Shown: positions 11,695 through 22,086, counted from the stretch's first letter. The stretch is 64,000 nucleotides of DNA from an uncultured Candidatus Rokubacteria bacterium (GCA_963826115.1 CAWGVS010000012.1:32001-96000), one strand, 5' to 3'. Translations and numbers: made by a program. The notes: generated by a model from the letters alone, not told the origin.

Positions 11695-13034
11695 CTAGCT
11701 CTTGAGCCCCTTCTGGAAGGTCGGCTCGAACTCCTTGGTCGCCGCCTCGAGGAGCGTCTTCGGGTCGCCGCCCTCGATCATCTTCGTGAGGGCGACGCCG
11801 AAGGTATCGCGGAACAGGCTCACGTCCCGCAGCTCCGGCAGCTGGGGCCGGGGGTTCTTCAGCGCTTCCGCCACCGCGTCGATCCAGGCCTTCGGCATCT
11901 TGTGCGCCTTGACGAACTCGGGATCGGCGTAGATCGAGGTCCGCGTGCCGATCATGGCGCCCTCGGACATCATGTGGAAATGGACGGGCCGGCTGCTGAC
12001 CCACGCCGCGAAGAGCCAGGACGCTTCCTTGTTCTTGCCGAAGGGGTTGAGCGCGATCGCGTCCATGGCCGTGCCCGCCGAAGGGCTTCATCTTGGCGCT
12101 CCCGGGGTGCGGGGCGTAGCCGACCTTGCCGACGACCTTGGACTTCGACGGATCCTCGAACGGCGCCGCGAACTGGATGCTGTCGGGCCAGCAGGCCACG
12201 AGCCCCTGGGTGAAGGCACCCTGGGCCTCCATCCAGTTGAAGCCGATCGAGCCGGTCGGGCGCGTAGGTCCGCATGAGGTCGGCGTAGATCTTCGCCGCC
12301 TCGACGGCCTCCGGCGTCGTGGTCATGAGCTGGGTCTTCGTCTTGTCGAGGTAGTCGCCGCCCAGCGCGATCGTGAGGCAGCCCCACACCGGGATGTTGG
12401 CGTTCTTGAGCCCGCGTCCCGCGTAGCCGTACACCGCGGGCGGCTTATGGAGCGCCTTCACCGCGGCGATCAGCTCGTCGACCGTCGTCGTCGGCTTGAG
12501 CCCCTTCTCGGCGTAGAGGTCCTTCCGGTACATGTACGCGCCGAGCCCGACGCCCATCGGGATCGCCACGATGGTCCCGTCGCCCTTGAGCCCCCAGTAG
12601 GTTCCCGCCGGGCCGAAGTCCTTCCAGTTGTAGTCCGGGGGCGTGAGGTTCGCGTTGTCCAGGTACTTGTTCAGCGGCTCGTACCAGCCGGCCGCCGAGA
12701 AGAGGATCTTCTCGACGTGCATCGAGCTGGCGAAGACGTCGATGCCGGGGGACTTCGCGTTCATCTCGATCGGGAGCTTCTGGCGAAGCTGCTGCTCCGG
12801 GACGACCTGGTACTCGACCTGGATGCCGGTCATCTTGGTGAAGTCGGGGACCATCTTCTGGAGCACCGTGTAGTAGGGCGACAGCGGGGCCGTCACGACG
12901 ATCGACTTCCCCTTCTGCTGCATCCAGTCGAAGTTCGCCGCCTGCGCCCAGGGACGGCGGGCGAGCGAGCCGGCGGCGAGCCCCAGCCCCATCCCGAGCA
13001 CCTGACGGCGAGACGGCGCGTACGAACCCTGCAT
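11695..13034 (-). CDS. Carbohydrate ABC substrate-binding protein with Tat signal; two apparent +1 frameshifts
   Basis: SRRQVL Tat motif, YMYRKDLY; protein reads continuously if one base is removed in the 3-base runs at 12258-12260 and 12074-12076. Confidence 0.82.
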
Positions 13035-13250
13035 ATGCCCTCCTTGGTCGATCTTTCGGTTCGGAACCGGCACGGGAGAATCCACGAGCCTCCGGTGGCC
13101 GCCACGAGGATACTCCAGGGCGCACGCGCGAACCAGGCACCGGCCCGGCATGCCGGCGCCGACGCCCCGAGACCGCGATGGCTCCTCGGTTGCCGGGACA
13201 TCGCGCCACGGGTAAGGTGGGCCGGTCACTCTCACAAACAAGGAGCCATC

Positions 13251-14249
13251 ATGGCGATCGGGAGTCATCGGCTGGAGTACGAAGTCGTGCAGGGCTGGGA
13301 GCGCCTTCCGGAGGGCTGGGCGTTCACCGAGGTGGTCGGCGTCGCGGTCGACTCCCGCGAGCGCGTGTTCGTCTTCTGCCGCGGGGCGCACCCGCTCATC
13401 GTCTTCGACAAGGACGGCCGGTTCGTCGACGCGTGGGGTGCCGGCGCCTTCGTGCGCCCCCACGGGATCTTCATCAGCCCCGACGACCGCGTGTTCCTCG
13501 TCGACGACGAGGGCCACACGGTCTACGAGTACACGACCCAGGGCGCCCTGCGCCGGCGACTCGGCGACGGCCGGCCCTCGGACACGGGTTACGTCCCCGG
13601 GCGGTCGCCCGTCGCGCGGGGCGCGGCGCCGTTCAACACGGTGACGAACGTGGCGCTCGCCCCCGACGGCGAGCTCTACGCGGCCGACGGCTACGGCAAC
13701 GCGCGCGTCCACCGCTTCGCGGCCGACGGCCGGCTGCTCCAGTCGTGGGGCGAGCCGGGCAGCGCGCCCGGTCAGTTCAACCTTCCGCACGGGATCGCGA
13801 TCGACCGGCGCGGGCGCGTCTACGTCGCGGACCGCGAGAACAGCCGGATCCAGGTGTTCTCGCGCGACGGAAGTCTCCTCGAGATCTGGGACTGGCCCAA
13901 CCGGCCGTGCGACCTGTTCATCGACGCCGAGGAGCGGATCCACGTCGCCGAGCTCGGCTTCGTCGTCGGCAACGAGCCGGTCCCGCACCTCCGGCTCATG
14001 CAGCACCCACCCGCCGGCCACACGCCGATCGCGCGCGTCTCCATCTGCACCCCGGACGGCGCGCTGATCGGCCAGGTGGGCGGCGCGGAGTCGATCCTGC
14101 CCGGGAACTTCTTCGCGCCCCACGGACTCTGCGCGAGCGCGCGCGGCGACCTCTACGTCGGCGAGGTCGTGGCGGCGACCGGCGTGGTCCGGCGCCTCGC
14201 GCCGCTCACGCCCCACTGCTTCCAGAAGTTCGTGCGGCGGGCCGGCTGA
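13251..14249 (+). CDS. NHL-repeat protein, peptidyl-alpha-hydroxyglycine amidating lyase (PAL)-like
   Basis: DGYGNARVH, FNLPHGIAID, YVADRENSRIQVF; AGGAG RBS. Confidence 0.85.
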   Translation: MAIGSHRLEYEVVQGWERLPEGWAFTEVVGVAVDSRERVFVFCRGAHPLIVFDKDGRFVDAWGAGAFVRPHGIFISPDDRVFLVDDEGHTVYEYTTQGALRRRLGDGRPSDTGYVPGRSPVARGAAPFNTVTNVALAPDGELYAADGYGNARVHRFAADGRLLQSWGEPGSAPGQFNLPHGIAIDRRGRVYVADRENSRIQVFSRDGSLLEIWDWPNRPCDLFIDAEERIHVAELGFVVGNEPVPHLRLMQHPPAGHTPIARVSICTPDGALIGQVGGAESILPGNFFAPHGLCASARGDLYVGEVVAATGVVRRLAPLTPHCFQKFVRRAG

Positions 14250-14285
14250 GTCCGGGCCGACGCGCGGCGACCGAGACGCGCGCGG

Positions 14286-14314
14286 TTGCTGCCTCCGCGG
14301 GTCCGCGCTACACT
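14286..14314 (+). promoter_or_regulatory. Putative sigma70 promoter of PRT-IspD-TagF operon
   Basis: TTGCTG-N17-TACACT. Confidence 0.45.
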
Positions 14315-14427
14315 CCGGCAGCCCTGAGGACGACGCACGTCCGTGGCGATCGGCAGGATCCCCGGACGCCGGAGGCGGCGATCAGCGTGGTGACCTCTCG
14401 CGGTTCCGACCGCTCCCGCGGGATCTC

Positions 14428-15027
14428 GTGACGTCGGGCCCGCCGTCGGCCGAGGATCCGGCCGACGCGATCCGGCGGCAGGTCCGCCTGGTGCCGGGCT
14501 TGGGCACCGGCCGCCTTCACCTGCTCCACCCCTTCAACGGCCGCTTCCACCCGATCGATCACGCGGCGCTCGACTCGCTCGTCGGAGCGATGGCCAGGCG
14601 GATCGACATCGCCGCCATCGATTGCGTCCTGGGATTCCCCGAGGGCGGATCGATTCCCGCCTATGCGTTCGGTCGCGCCGTCGGCCGGCCGGTCCTCCTC
14701 GCGTCGCGAATGCCTCTCGACATCCCGGGCGCGATCACCTTCGAACAACCGCAGGCCGGGCTCGGCAAGACCCATCACCTCTTCGGGCTCCGGCGCGGCG
14801 ATCGCGTCCTGATCTTCGAGGACGAGATCACCAACGGCCGGACCGCCGTCAACGCCGCGCGGGCGCTCCGGGAGGCCGGGCTCCTGATCGACCAGATCGC
14901 GACCTTGTTCGCCATCGACCATCCGACCCTGTGGAAGCGGATGGAGGCCGCCGAGCTCACCCTGCACGTCGGTGTGCGGCTGCCGCCGACGCTCGCACCG
15001 CGCCCGCTGGACCCGGACGTCGAGTGA
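14428..15027 (+). CDS. Type I phosphoribosyltransferase (Apt/Xpt-like)
   Basis: PRPP-loop-like RVLIFEDEITNGRT; GFPEGGSIPA. Confidence 0.75.
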   Translation: MTSGPPSAEDPADAIRRQVRLVPGLGTGRLHLLHPFNGRFHPIDHAALDSLVGAMARRIDIAAIDCVLGFPEGGSIPAYAFGRAVGRPVLLASRMPLDIPGAITFEQPQAGLGKTHHLFGLRRGDRVLIFEDEITNGRTAVNAARALREAGLLIDQIATLFAIDHPTLWKRMEAAELTLHVGVRLPPTLAPRPLDPDVE

Positions 15028-15061
15028 GCGTTCGGGGACGGCCGGGCGCGTCGCGCCACCC

Positions 15062-15733
15062 GTGGTGAGCGAGGCGGCCGGCATCGACGCAATCGTCCTG
15101 GCCGCGGGGCGCGGGGAGCGTCTCGGTCTCGGCCCCAAGGCCTGGTTGATCCTGGGCGGCCGCACGCTGCTGGAGCGCGCGGTCGAGACTCTCCGGGACC
15201 TCCCGGCCCGGGTGTTCGTGGGGGTCGCGCCCGAGGACCTCGGCCGGGCGCGCGGGGCGCGCGACGCCGGCGCGGTGGTCGTGCCCGGGGGCGCGACGCA
15301 CCGGGAGACGATGCTCGCCGCCTTCCGGGCCGGCGACGCGCCCCTGGTCCTCGTCCACGACGTCGCGCATCCCTTCGTGACCCGCGCGCTCGCCCTCGAG
15401 GTGGTGGCGGCCGCCCGCGCGAGGGGCGCCGCGGTGGCGGCGGTCCGCACGACCTCGACGGCCTACCACCAGGTCGGCGACGCGCCCGGGGCGAGGTTCG
15501 ACGCCGGCACGATCTGGACGGTGCGCCGGCCCTTCGCGTTCCACCGCGCGGACTTCATGCGCGGCCTCGAGCCGGGCTCGGGGCGGGAGGGGCTCAGCGT
15601 CATCCTGGCGCGGGCCGGGGTCCGCACCGCGCTCGTCCCGTCGCCGGCCTGGAACATCAAGATCACGACGGCCGACGACTGGGCGCTGGCACAGGCCATC
15701 GATCAGGGGCTCCGCCCGCCGGCGCCGGGATGA
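15062..15733 (+). CDS. IspD/TarI-family cytidylyltransferase
   Basis: AIVLAAGRGERLG..K, GGATHRET, VLVHDVAHPF, NIKITTADD. Confidence 0.85.
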   Translation: MVSEAAGIDAIVLAAGRGERLGLGPKAWLILGGRTLLERAVETLRDLPARVFVGVAPEDLGRARGARDAGAVVVPGGATHRETMLAAFRAGDAPLVLVHDVAHPFVTRALALEVVAAARARGAAVAAVRTTSTAYHQVGDAPGARFDAGTIWTVRRPFAFHRADFMRGLEPGSGREGLSVILARAGVRTALVPSPAWNIKITTADDWALAQAIDQGLRPPAPG

Positions 15734-16902
15734 CGCCCGCCCGCGTCGCGTTCTTCGCGTATCTCCCCTTCCTGGCCCCGATCCTCCGGCCCATCCACGA
15801 CGCCCTCGGCGGACGAGCGGCGTGCCTGCTCACCGGGAGCCGCCGCGCGGTCCGCGACTTCCGGCCGCACGTGGTCGTGATGGCCCACCACGCGCACCTC
15901 GAGTACTTCCGGTACCACCTCCCGGGCGCCGTCATCGTGAACGTCCGCCACGGGATGATCAGCAAGCGGAACCTCCAGCGGCTGCCGGCGCGCCGCTCGG
16001 CGCGGACCTTCGACTTCGTCTGCATCGGCGACGCGAACAGCCTCGCCAATCACGCGCGCGCCGGCATCGTCCCCCGCGGCTTCTGGCTCACCGGCTACCC
16101 GCAGCTCGACCCGCTGTTCCGGGGCGACCCGCCGGCCGCGCTGCCGTTCGGCCGATCGGGGCCCACCGTTCTCTACGCGCCCACGTGGAACCTCGGGCTG
16201 ACCTCCGCGTCGCTCTTCGGCCCCCGGCTGGTCGCGCTCCTGCGCGCCCGGGTGCCGGCGCTGAACGTGGTGATCAAGCCCCATCCCGTGATCGGCGACT
16301 GGCGGCCCGGCTGGATGACCTGGTGGCGTGAGCTGGCCCGGCGCGAGCCCGGCGTGCACCTCGTCGAGGACACCCACGCCGACGTGACGCCGTACATGCT
16401 GGCGGCCGACGCCCTGGTCTCGGACGCCTCGAGCGTGGTGTTCGAGTTCCTGGCGCTGGATCGCCCGATCGTGCTGGTGACGAACCCGCGCCACCGGGCC
16501 GATCCCGCGTACGACCCCGAGAGCATCATCTGGCGCTGGCGGGACGTCGGCGAGGAGATCCACGACGTCGCGGAGGTCGGGCCGGCGGTGGAGCGCGCCC
16601 TTCGCGAGCCCGGCCGGCACGCCGAGCGCCGGACCCACTACGCGCGGCAGCTGTTCGGGCCACGCGCGGACGGCAAGAGCCACGAGCGCATCGCGGAGCG
16701 CGTGGCCGAGGTCGCGCAGCAGGTGGCCGGCGGGACGGGACCCGCCGATCCGGCGCCCGTCAGCTCACCGGGCCGCGTCGCCTGGCGGTGGAAGGACCTC
16801 CGGTACCTCGTCGCGAGCCAGCCGTGGTTCGGGGCGATCCTGCGGCACCGGGAGGCGGCCCGGTTCCGCCGCCGCGCGTGGGCCCTCCGCCGGCCCGACT
16901 GA
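15730..16902 (+). CDS. CDP-glycerol/ribitol glycerophosphotransferase family (TagB/TagF-like)
   Basis: RHG, TGYPQLD, VLYAPTW, IKPHP, LVSDASSVVFEFLALDRPIV. Confidence 0.85.
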   Translation: MTPARVAFFAYLPFLAPILRPIHDALGGRAACLLTGSRRAVRDFRPHVVVMAHHAHLEYFRYHLPGAVIVNVRHGMISKRNLQRLPARRSARTFDFVCIGDANSLANHARAGIVPRGFWLTGYPQLDPLFRGDPPAALPFGRSGPTVLYAPTWNLGLTSASLFGPRLVALLRARVPALNVVIKPHPVIGDWRPGWMTWWRELARREPGVHLVEDTHADVTPYMLAADALVSDASSVVFEFLALDRPIVLVTNPRHRADPAYDPESIIWRWRDVGEEIHDVAEVGPAVERALREPGRHAERRTHYARQLFGPRADGKSHERIAERVAEVAQQVAGGTGPADPAPVSSPGRVAWRWKDLRYLVASQPWFGAILRHREAARFRRRAWALRRPD

Positions 16903-16918
16903 CCCGAACCCACGCGCG

Positions 16919-18304
16919 CTAGCCGCGGGCGGGAGTCGGGCCGGGGTCAGCTCCCCGCGCGGCGCGCACGTACTGCTGGATCTGCGTGTAGTAGTGCTCG
17001 GGGACGTCGAAGGGCGGGCGGCCGCCGTACACCAGCATCTCGATGACCCGGTCGATCTCAGCCTGCGGCACCGGACTGGGCTCGCCGCGCGCCAAGCCGT
17101 CCAGGAACCGATGAATGTCTGTCGGATCCGCGGCCCGGAGGCACCCTCCCTCGTCGTCGAAGATCAGCCGGTTCGTGTGGAGGTACACGGGGTAGATCAG
17201 CGGCTTCCGTTTGATCAGGAGCTCCAGCGATACTCCCGATCCAAGGAGCAGAGCGGCGTCCGTCCCATCGATCAAGGCTGGCGTGTGGGCATCGGTCCCG
17301 AGCCAGACGTCCGGACGTCCGAGCAGTCGCCGCATCTCCTCGCCGCCAGCTTCGGATTCCACGCGGGGATGGGGCTTCAGGACCACGTCCACGTCTCCCC
17401 GGTCGAGGATGCTGCGCACGAGCGAGGCGAAGCCCGGCCCGTCGACGAACGGGCTCGCCTTGGGCACCAGCACGAGGAGGCGGACGCGACCCGTCGTCCC
17501 AGACGGGCCCTGCCATGGCGGGCAGATCTCCTGGACGATCCGCATCCAGGGCGCGGAATAGCGCAGACTGCCCCAGGTTCTCGTCATTGCCGGGCGGATC
17601 ATGCCGCGGTGGATGTCCAGCAGACGCTGCGACTCGGACGGATACACGTACGCGGAGAACGCGTTGCGCCCATAGAGATCGGCCGGTGACAAGCCGGCCT
17701 GAGCCCGCCGCAGGCGCGCCGCCGACCGCGCGCTGTCGTCGGGCTTCATGATGGTCAGGACCCCGTGAGGCAGACACAGGGTCGGGAGTCCCAGGGCGCG
17801 CGCCGCCTCGAGCACGGACGTCCGGAGGGGCGCCGGACCGAGGAGTCGAAGCGCTAGGCCGACGCACTCGCACAAGGATTCGCCGCTCGCCGCCGCGCGC
17901 GCCGCCTTGCGAAGGCGATCCCATCCCCGCCCGGGCAGGATGCTCCGGCCCCAGTCCGTGCAACACGCGGCAACCTGATGCCGCCGGAGCAGCGCGACCC
18001 AGCGGCGGCGGGTCCACAGGAACCGCGCGGCCAAGCGAACGAGGCGCCAGCGGGATGTCGCCCCCAGGGGGGCGAAGACGTCGAAGCCCGGGTATCGCGT
18101 CAGGAACTCGATCCGATAGTCGGTCTCGTACGGGAAAGGCCGCCAGAAGACGGCGAGCACCCGGTGCCCCTTCTCGAGGCACTTCCACATGAGCGGCGCC
18201 AGATGGTCGACGTCGGGATAGGCCCGCAGGAGGAACAGGATCGTCGAGGCGCCGGGGGCCGGCGACACGGGCGCCGGCGCGCCTTCGGAGGCTCCGGCGG
18301 TCAT
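16919..18304 (-). CDS. Hypothetical protein, probable GT-B-fold surface-polysaccharide transferase
   Basis: LPHG, WGSLRY, LKPHPR, SGVSLELL..KPLI motifs; low-specificity call. Confidence 0.5.
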   Translation of the reverse strand: MTAGASEGAPAPVSPAPGASTILFLLRAYPDVDHLAPLMWKCLEKGHRVLAVFWRPFPYETDYRIEFLTRYPGFDVFAPLGATSRWRLVRLAARFLWTRRRWVALLRRHQVAACCTDWGRSILPGRGWDRLRKAARAAASGESLCECVGLALRLLGPAPLRTSVLEAARALGLPTLCLPHGVLTIMKPDDSARSAARLRRAQAGLSPADLYGRNAFSAYVYPSESQRLLDIHRGMIRPAMTRTWGSLRYSAPWMRIVQEICPPWQGPSGTTGRVRLLVLVPKASPFVDGPGFASLVRSILDRGDVDVVLKPHPRVESEAGGEEMRRLLGRPDVWLGTDAHTPALIDGTDAALLLGSGVSLELLIKRKPLIYPVYLHTNRLIFDDEGGCLRAADPTDIHRFLDGLARGEPSPVPQAEIDRVIEMLVYGGRPPFDVPEHYYTQIQQYVRAARGADPGPTPARG

Positions 18305-18570
18305 CCTCCCGCTCCGTTCGCGAGATGCGACCGGACCGCGCGCTGCCACTCGAGACACTCCGGGCCCAGGGGATCGCGAAGCCGCGGGAGCGGGATCGCG
18401 AGCTCGGCCATCACCCGCCCCGGCGAGGCCGACAGGACGACGACGCGATCCGCGAGGTAGACCGCCTCCGCCACGTCGTGCGTCACGTACACCACGGTCT
18501 TCCGCGTCGCCTGCCAGACCTCGACCAGGAGACGCTGCATCTCCGCCCGGGTGACGGCGGCGAGCGCCAC
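18301..18570 (-). pseudogene. C-terminal remnant of a TauB/SsuB-type ABC ATPase
   Basis: TRAEMQRLLVEVWQATRKTVVYVTHDVAEAVYLADRVVVLSASPGRV; no Walker A or signature motif upstream. Confidence 0.7.
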
Positions 18571-18650
18571 GAGCCGGCGGTCGGAGGCTCGGCGATCCGT
18601 TGCCAGGACGAGTGGCCCCCCGTCACGGGACCGGCGGCCCCGAGGTGAGG

Positions 18651-19406
18651 CTAGCGGACGGCGCGCTTCGCGGCAGCGGCGACGAAGCGCTCGAAGAGCC
18701 GGCGGGACGGCGCGTGGCCGCCGCGCGCGAGCTCTTCCGGGTGCCACTGGACGCCGACCAGAAAGCTCCACCGCGCGGCGTCGACCGCCTCGACGCCTTC
18801 CACGAGGCCGTCGGGCGCGTGGGCGACCGCCGTGAGCGGCGGCGCCAGGGCCTTGATCCCCTGGTGGTGCATGCTGTTCACGTCCACCGTCTCCAGACCC
18901 AGGACGTCGGCGAGGCAGCTGCCGGCGTGGACGGTCACCGGATGATGCGGCTCGTGGCGCGGGCGGGGTGAGTCCCCCTGGGCCTGGTCGTGGACCACCT
19001 CCGCGGGGCGGTCGCTGGGCAGATCCTGGTAGAGCGTGCCGCCGAGGCCGACGTTCAGCACCTGGACGCCGCGGCAGATCGCCAGCACGGGCAGGTCGTC
19101 CGCCAGCGCCCACTCGAGGAGCTGGAACTCGAGGGCGTCCCGCTCGGGGACACTCTCGACGCTCGGGTGCTGGACCTCCTCGCCGTAGCGCTCGGGCGCC
19201 ACGTCCTCCCCGCCGGTCAGGACGAGCCCGTCGAGGAGGTCGTAGAGCGCGCGGAGCGCGGGGCCGCCGTGCGCCGGCGTCAGGACGAGCGGGATCCCGC
19301 CCGCTTCCTGGATGGCCACGATGTAGGGCTCGTTGAGGAAGGTCCGCCGGGTGCCGAGCTTCGTCGGCACGACCGACGCCGTCAGGCCGATGCGGGGCAG
19401 TCGCAC
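18651..19406 (-). CDS. Peptidase C26 / gamma-glutamyl-GABA hydrolase family (PuuD-like)
   Basis: LTGGEDV, ICRGVQ nucleophile, VNSMHHQ, VQWHPE. Confidence 0.9.
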   Translation of the reverse strand: MRLPRIGLTASVVPTKLGTRRTFLNEPYIVAIQEAGGIPLVLTPAHGGPALRALYDLLDGLVLTGGEDVAPERYGEEVQHPSVESVPERDALEFQLLEWALADDLPVLAICRGVQVLNVGLGGTLYQDLPSDRPAEVVHDQAQGDSPRPRHEPHHPVTVHAGSCLADVLGLETVDVNSMHHQGIKALAPPLTAVAHAPDGLVEGVEAVDAARWSFLVGVQWHPEELARGGHAPSRRLFERFVAAAAKRAVR

Positions 19407-19413
19407 GAGCGCC

Positions 19414-19443
19414 ACGCTAGCACCGCCTCACCTCACCTGTCAA
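19414..19443 (-). promoter_or_regulatory. sigma70 promoter, probably leaderless, for the C26 gene
   Basis: TTGACA-N18-TAGCGT with extended TG, 7 nt before GTG at 19406. Confidence 0.6.
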
Positions 19444-19531
19444 AACACCGATTTGGGATTGACCCCGGGTCCCGTCTGTGGTGGCATGGCGACGTGTCCG
19501 ACGTCGGGGCCTGGTGAGTGATGACCACACG

Positions 19532-21343
19532 ATGACCGTCGACTCGTACCGACCTCCGAGCGAGCGCAGCGCGTCTCACCCCGGCGCGGCCCCGGCGCCG
19601 CCGGAGACGCTCACCGGACCGGCCGCCGCCACCCACGCGCACCGCCCCGACGCTCTCGGGACGCGGCACGCCGTCGCCGCGGGTCACCCGCTGGCGGCGC
19701 TCGCCGCCCATCGCATCCTCGAGGCAGGCGGGAACGCCGTCGACGCGGGCGTGGCGGCCGGGATCTGCCTCGGGGTGGTTCACTCCGACATCGTGAACTT
19801 TGCCGGGGTGGCGCCCCTCATGGTGTACGACGCCGCCCGGCGCGAGGTGCACACCATCTCGGGCCTCGGCGTCTGGCCCAGGGCCGCGACGATCGAGTAC
19901 TTCCGGGACCGCTGCGGCGGGGACATGCCCGACGGCCTTCTCCGGACCGTCGTGCCGGCGGCTCCCGACGCCTGGATCACGGCCCTCGAGCGGTTCGGGA
20001 CGCTCGGCTTCGCGGAGGTCGCCCAGCCCGCCATCGAGCTCGCCCGCGACGGGTTCCCGCTTGGCCGGTTCGTCGCCGGGATCATCCAGGCCAACGAGAG
20101 CGCGTACCGACGGTGGCCCACCTCGGCGCCGATCTACCTGCCGGAGGGCCGCGTGCCCCGGGCCGGCGAGCGCTTCGTGCAAACCGACCTCGCGCGGACC
20201 CTCACCTACCTCGCGGACGAGGACCGGGCCGCCCGGCCGAGCGGCCGGGTTGCCGGGCTCGCGGCGGCGCGCGACGCCTTCTATCGGGGCGACGTCGCAA
20301 CGGCGATCGTGCGCTACCACGAGACCGAGGGCGGGCTCCTCACGCGCGAGGACATGGCCGGCTTCCGGGTCGGCGTGGAGCCGGCGGAGCGTGCCCGGTT
20401 CGGATCCCGCGAGGTGCTGACCTGCGGCTTCTGGTGCCAGGGGCCGGCCTTCCTCCAGATGCTCCAGATCCTCGACGGGATCGGCCTCGCGGGGCTGGGC
20501 CACAACACCCCGGACTACGTCCATACGGTCACCGAGGCGATGAAGCTCGCCTTCGCCGACCGGGAGGCCTACTACGGGGACCCGCGGCACGTCCGCGTCC
20601 CCGGACCCGGGCTCCTCGACCCGGCCTATGCCGAGGGTCGCCGCGGGCTCATCGATCCCGCCCGCGCCTTCCGCGCGCTGCCGCCTCCCGGGGTGCCCGC
20701 CGGCGCGCCAGGCCATCCAGCGGGCCGGGCGCCCGCGGCCACGTCAGGCGCTCCGAGCACGCTCGGGACCTCGTACGCCGCGGTCGTCGACAGGCACGGC
20801 AACGCCTTCTCGGCGACGCCGAGCGACGTCTCGACCGACACCCCGGTCATTCCCGGCACGGGCCTCGCGGTCTCCTCGCGCGGGAGCCAGGGCTGGCTCG
20901 ATCCCGGCCACGCGAGCGCGGTCGCGCCCGGCAAGCGCCCGCGGCTCACGCCCAGTCCCGCCCTCATGTTCGGACCCGGCGGCGAGGTGGCGGCCTTCGG
21001 GACGCCGGGCGGTGACGTCCAGCTCCAGGCGATGCTCCAGTTCCTGCTGAACATGACCGTGTTCGGCATGAGTCCCCAGCGGGCGATCGAGGCGCCGCGC
21101 TTCGCGACCCAGTCCTTCCCCGACTCGTTCTGGCCGCACCGCTACTTCCCGGGACGCGTCACGCTGGAGGGCCGCTTCCCCGAGTCGACCCTCGAGGCGC
21201 TCCGCGCCCGCGGTCACGAGGTCGAGCGCTGGACGGCGTGGGAGTGGCGCGCGGGCGGCGTGTGCCTCGCGCGCATCGACGGGGCCGGGATCCGCTGGGG
21301 CGCCGCGGACCCGCGCCGCGACTCCTACGCGGTGGCCTGGTGA
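19532..21343 (+). CDS. ggt: Gamma-glutamyltransferase family protein
   Basis: GGNAVDAG, KLAFADR, catalytic Thr in GTSYAAVVD, PGKRP, GTPGG, ADPRR. Confidence 0.9.
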   Translation: MTVDSYRPPSERSASHPGAAPAPPETLTGPAAATHAHRPDALGTRHAVAAGHPLAALAAHRILEAGGNAVDAGVAAGICLGVVHSDIVNFAGVAPLMVYDAARREVHTISGLGVWPRAATIEYFRDRCGGDMPDGLLRTVVPAAPDAWITALERFGTLGFAEVAQPAIELARDGFPLGRFVAGIIQANESAYRRWPTSAPIYLPEGRVPRAGERFVQTDLARTLTYLADEDRAARPSGRVAGLAAARDAFYRGDVATAIVRYHETEGGLLTREDMAGFRVGVEPAERARFGSREVLTCGFWCQGPAFLQMLQILDGIGLAGLGHNTPDYVHTVTEAMKLAFADREAYYGDPRHVRVPGPGLLDPAYAEGRRGLIDPARAFRALPPPGVPAGAPGHPAGRAPAATSGAPSTLGTSYAAVVDRHGNAFSATPSDVSTDTPVIPGTGLAVSSRGSQGWLDPGHASAVAPGKRPRLTPSPALMFGPGGEVAAFGTPGGDVQLQAMLQFLLNMTVFGMSPQRAIEAPRFATQSFPDSFWPHRYFPGRVTLEGRFPESTLEALRARGHEVERWTAWEWRAGGVCLARIDGAGIRWGAADPRRDSYAVAW

Positions 21344-22086
21344 GGCGAAGGACGGCGACCGACTGGCGCCGGCGGACCCTGCGGGCCACCGCGCCCCGGC
21401 CCGGGCGACGCCTGGCGCGCGGCGGCCGGATCCTCCTGCTACTCCTGTCGGTAACCGGCTGCGCGATCGAGCCGGCCCGGCCGGCCCTCGTGCCGCCGGC
21501 GGCCGAGCCGCCCGGCGCCGTCGCGCTGATCCCGCCGCCGATCATCTCACGGTTCGGCGAGTGGCGCGGCGAGGGCGGGGCGGCCACGCCGACGCGCCAC
21601 GCGGGCATCGACATCCGGGCGACGACCGGGACGCCGGTCCTGGCGGCCGCCGACGGCGTCGTCCTGCGCACGGGCACCCAGGCCTTCGCCGGGCGGCTCA
21701 TCGTGATCGAGCACGACGTCGATCTCACGACCGCCTACTACCACCTCTCGGCGATCGACGTCCTGGGGGGACAGGTGGTCCGACGAGGCGAGCCCATCGG
21801 GCGGGTGGGCAGCACCGGGAACGCGACGGCGCCGCACCTCCACTTCGGCGTGTGCCGGCGCGAGAACGGCGCCTGCGGCGAGCGGATCGACGGCGGCTGG
21901 GAAGACCCGACGCGGCACTGGATCGCCGCGAACCCGTGCTTCGTGGCGGGCCAGGGCTACGCGCCGCAAGGTCGCCGGCTCACCTACCCGGTGCCGTGCG
22001 CGCCGGCGCCCGCCGCGAACGCCCCGGTCGAGGAGCGGGCGCCCGGCGCCCCGCTCGCCAGCCGGCCGTCGGCCCGGCCCGCCTAG
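21340..22086 (+). CDS. M23 metallopeptidase, probable lipoprotein
   Basis: LLLLSVTGC lipobox-like, HAGID, YYHL, HLHF. Confidence 0.85.
   Translation: MRRRTATDWRRRTLRATAPRPGRRLARGGRILLLLLSVTGCAIEPARPALVPPAAEPPGAVALIPPPIISRFGEWRGEGGAATPTRHAGIDIRATTGTPVLAAADGVVLRTGTQAFAGRLIVIEHDVDLTTAYYHLSAIDVLGGQVVRRGEPIGRVGSTGNATAPHLHFGVCRRENGACGERIDGGWEDPTRHWIAANPCFVAGQGYAPQGRRLTYPVPCAPAPAANAPVEERAPGAPLASRPSARPA

Noticed and set aside
14315-14431. Long leader and 14-codon uORF before the PRT gene as a riboswitch or attenuator
   Set aside because: No recognisable aptamer consensus or terminator; an Rfam search would be needed.
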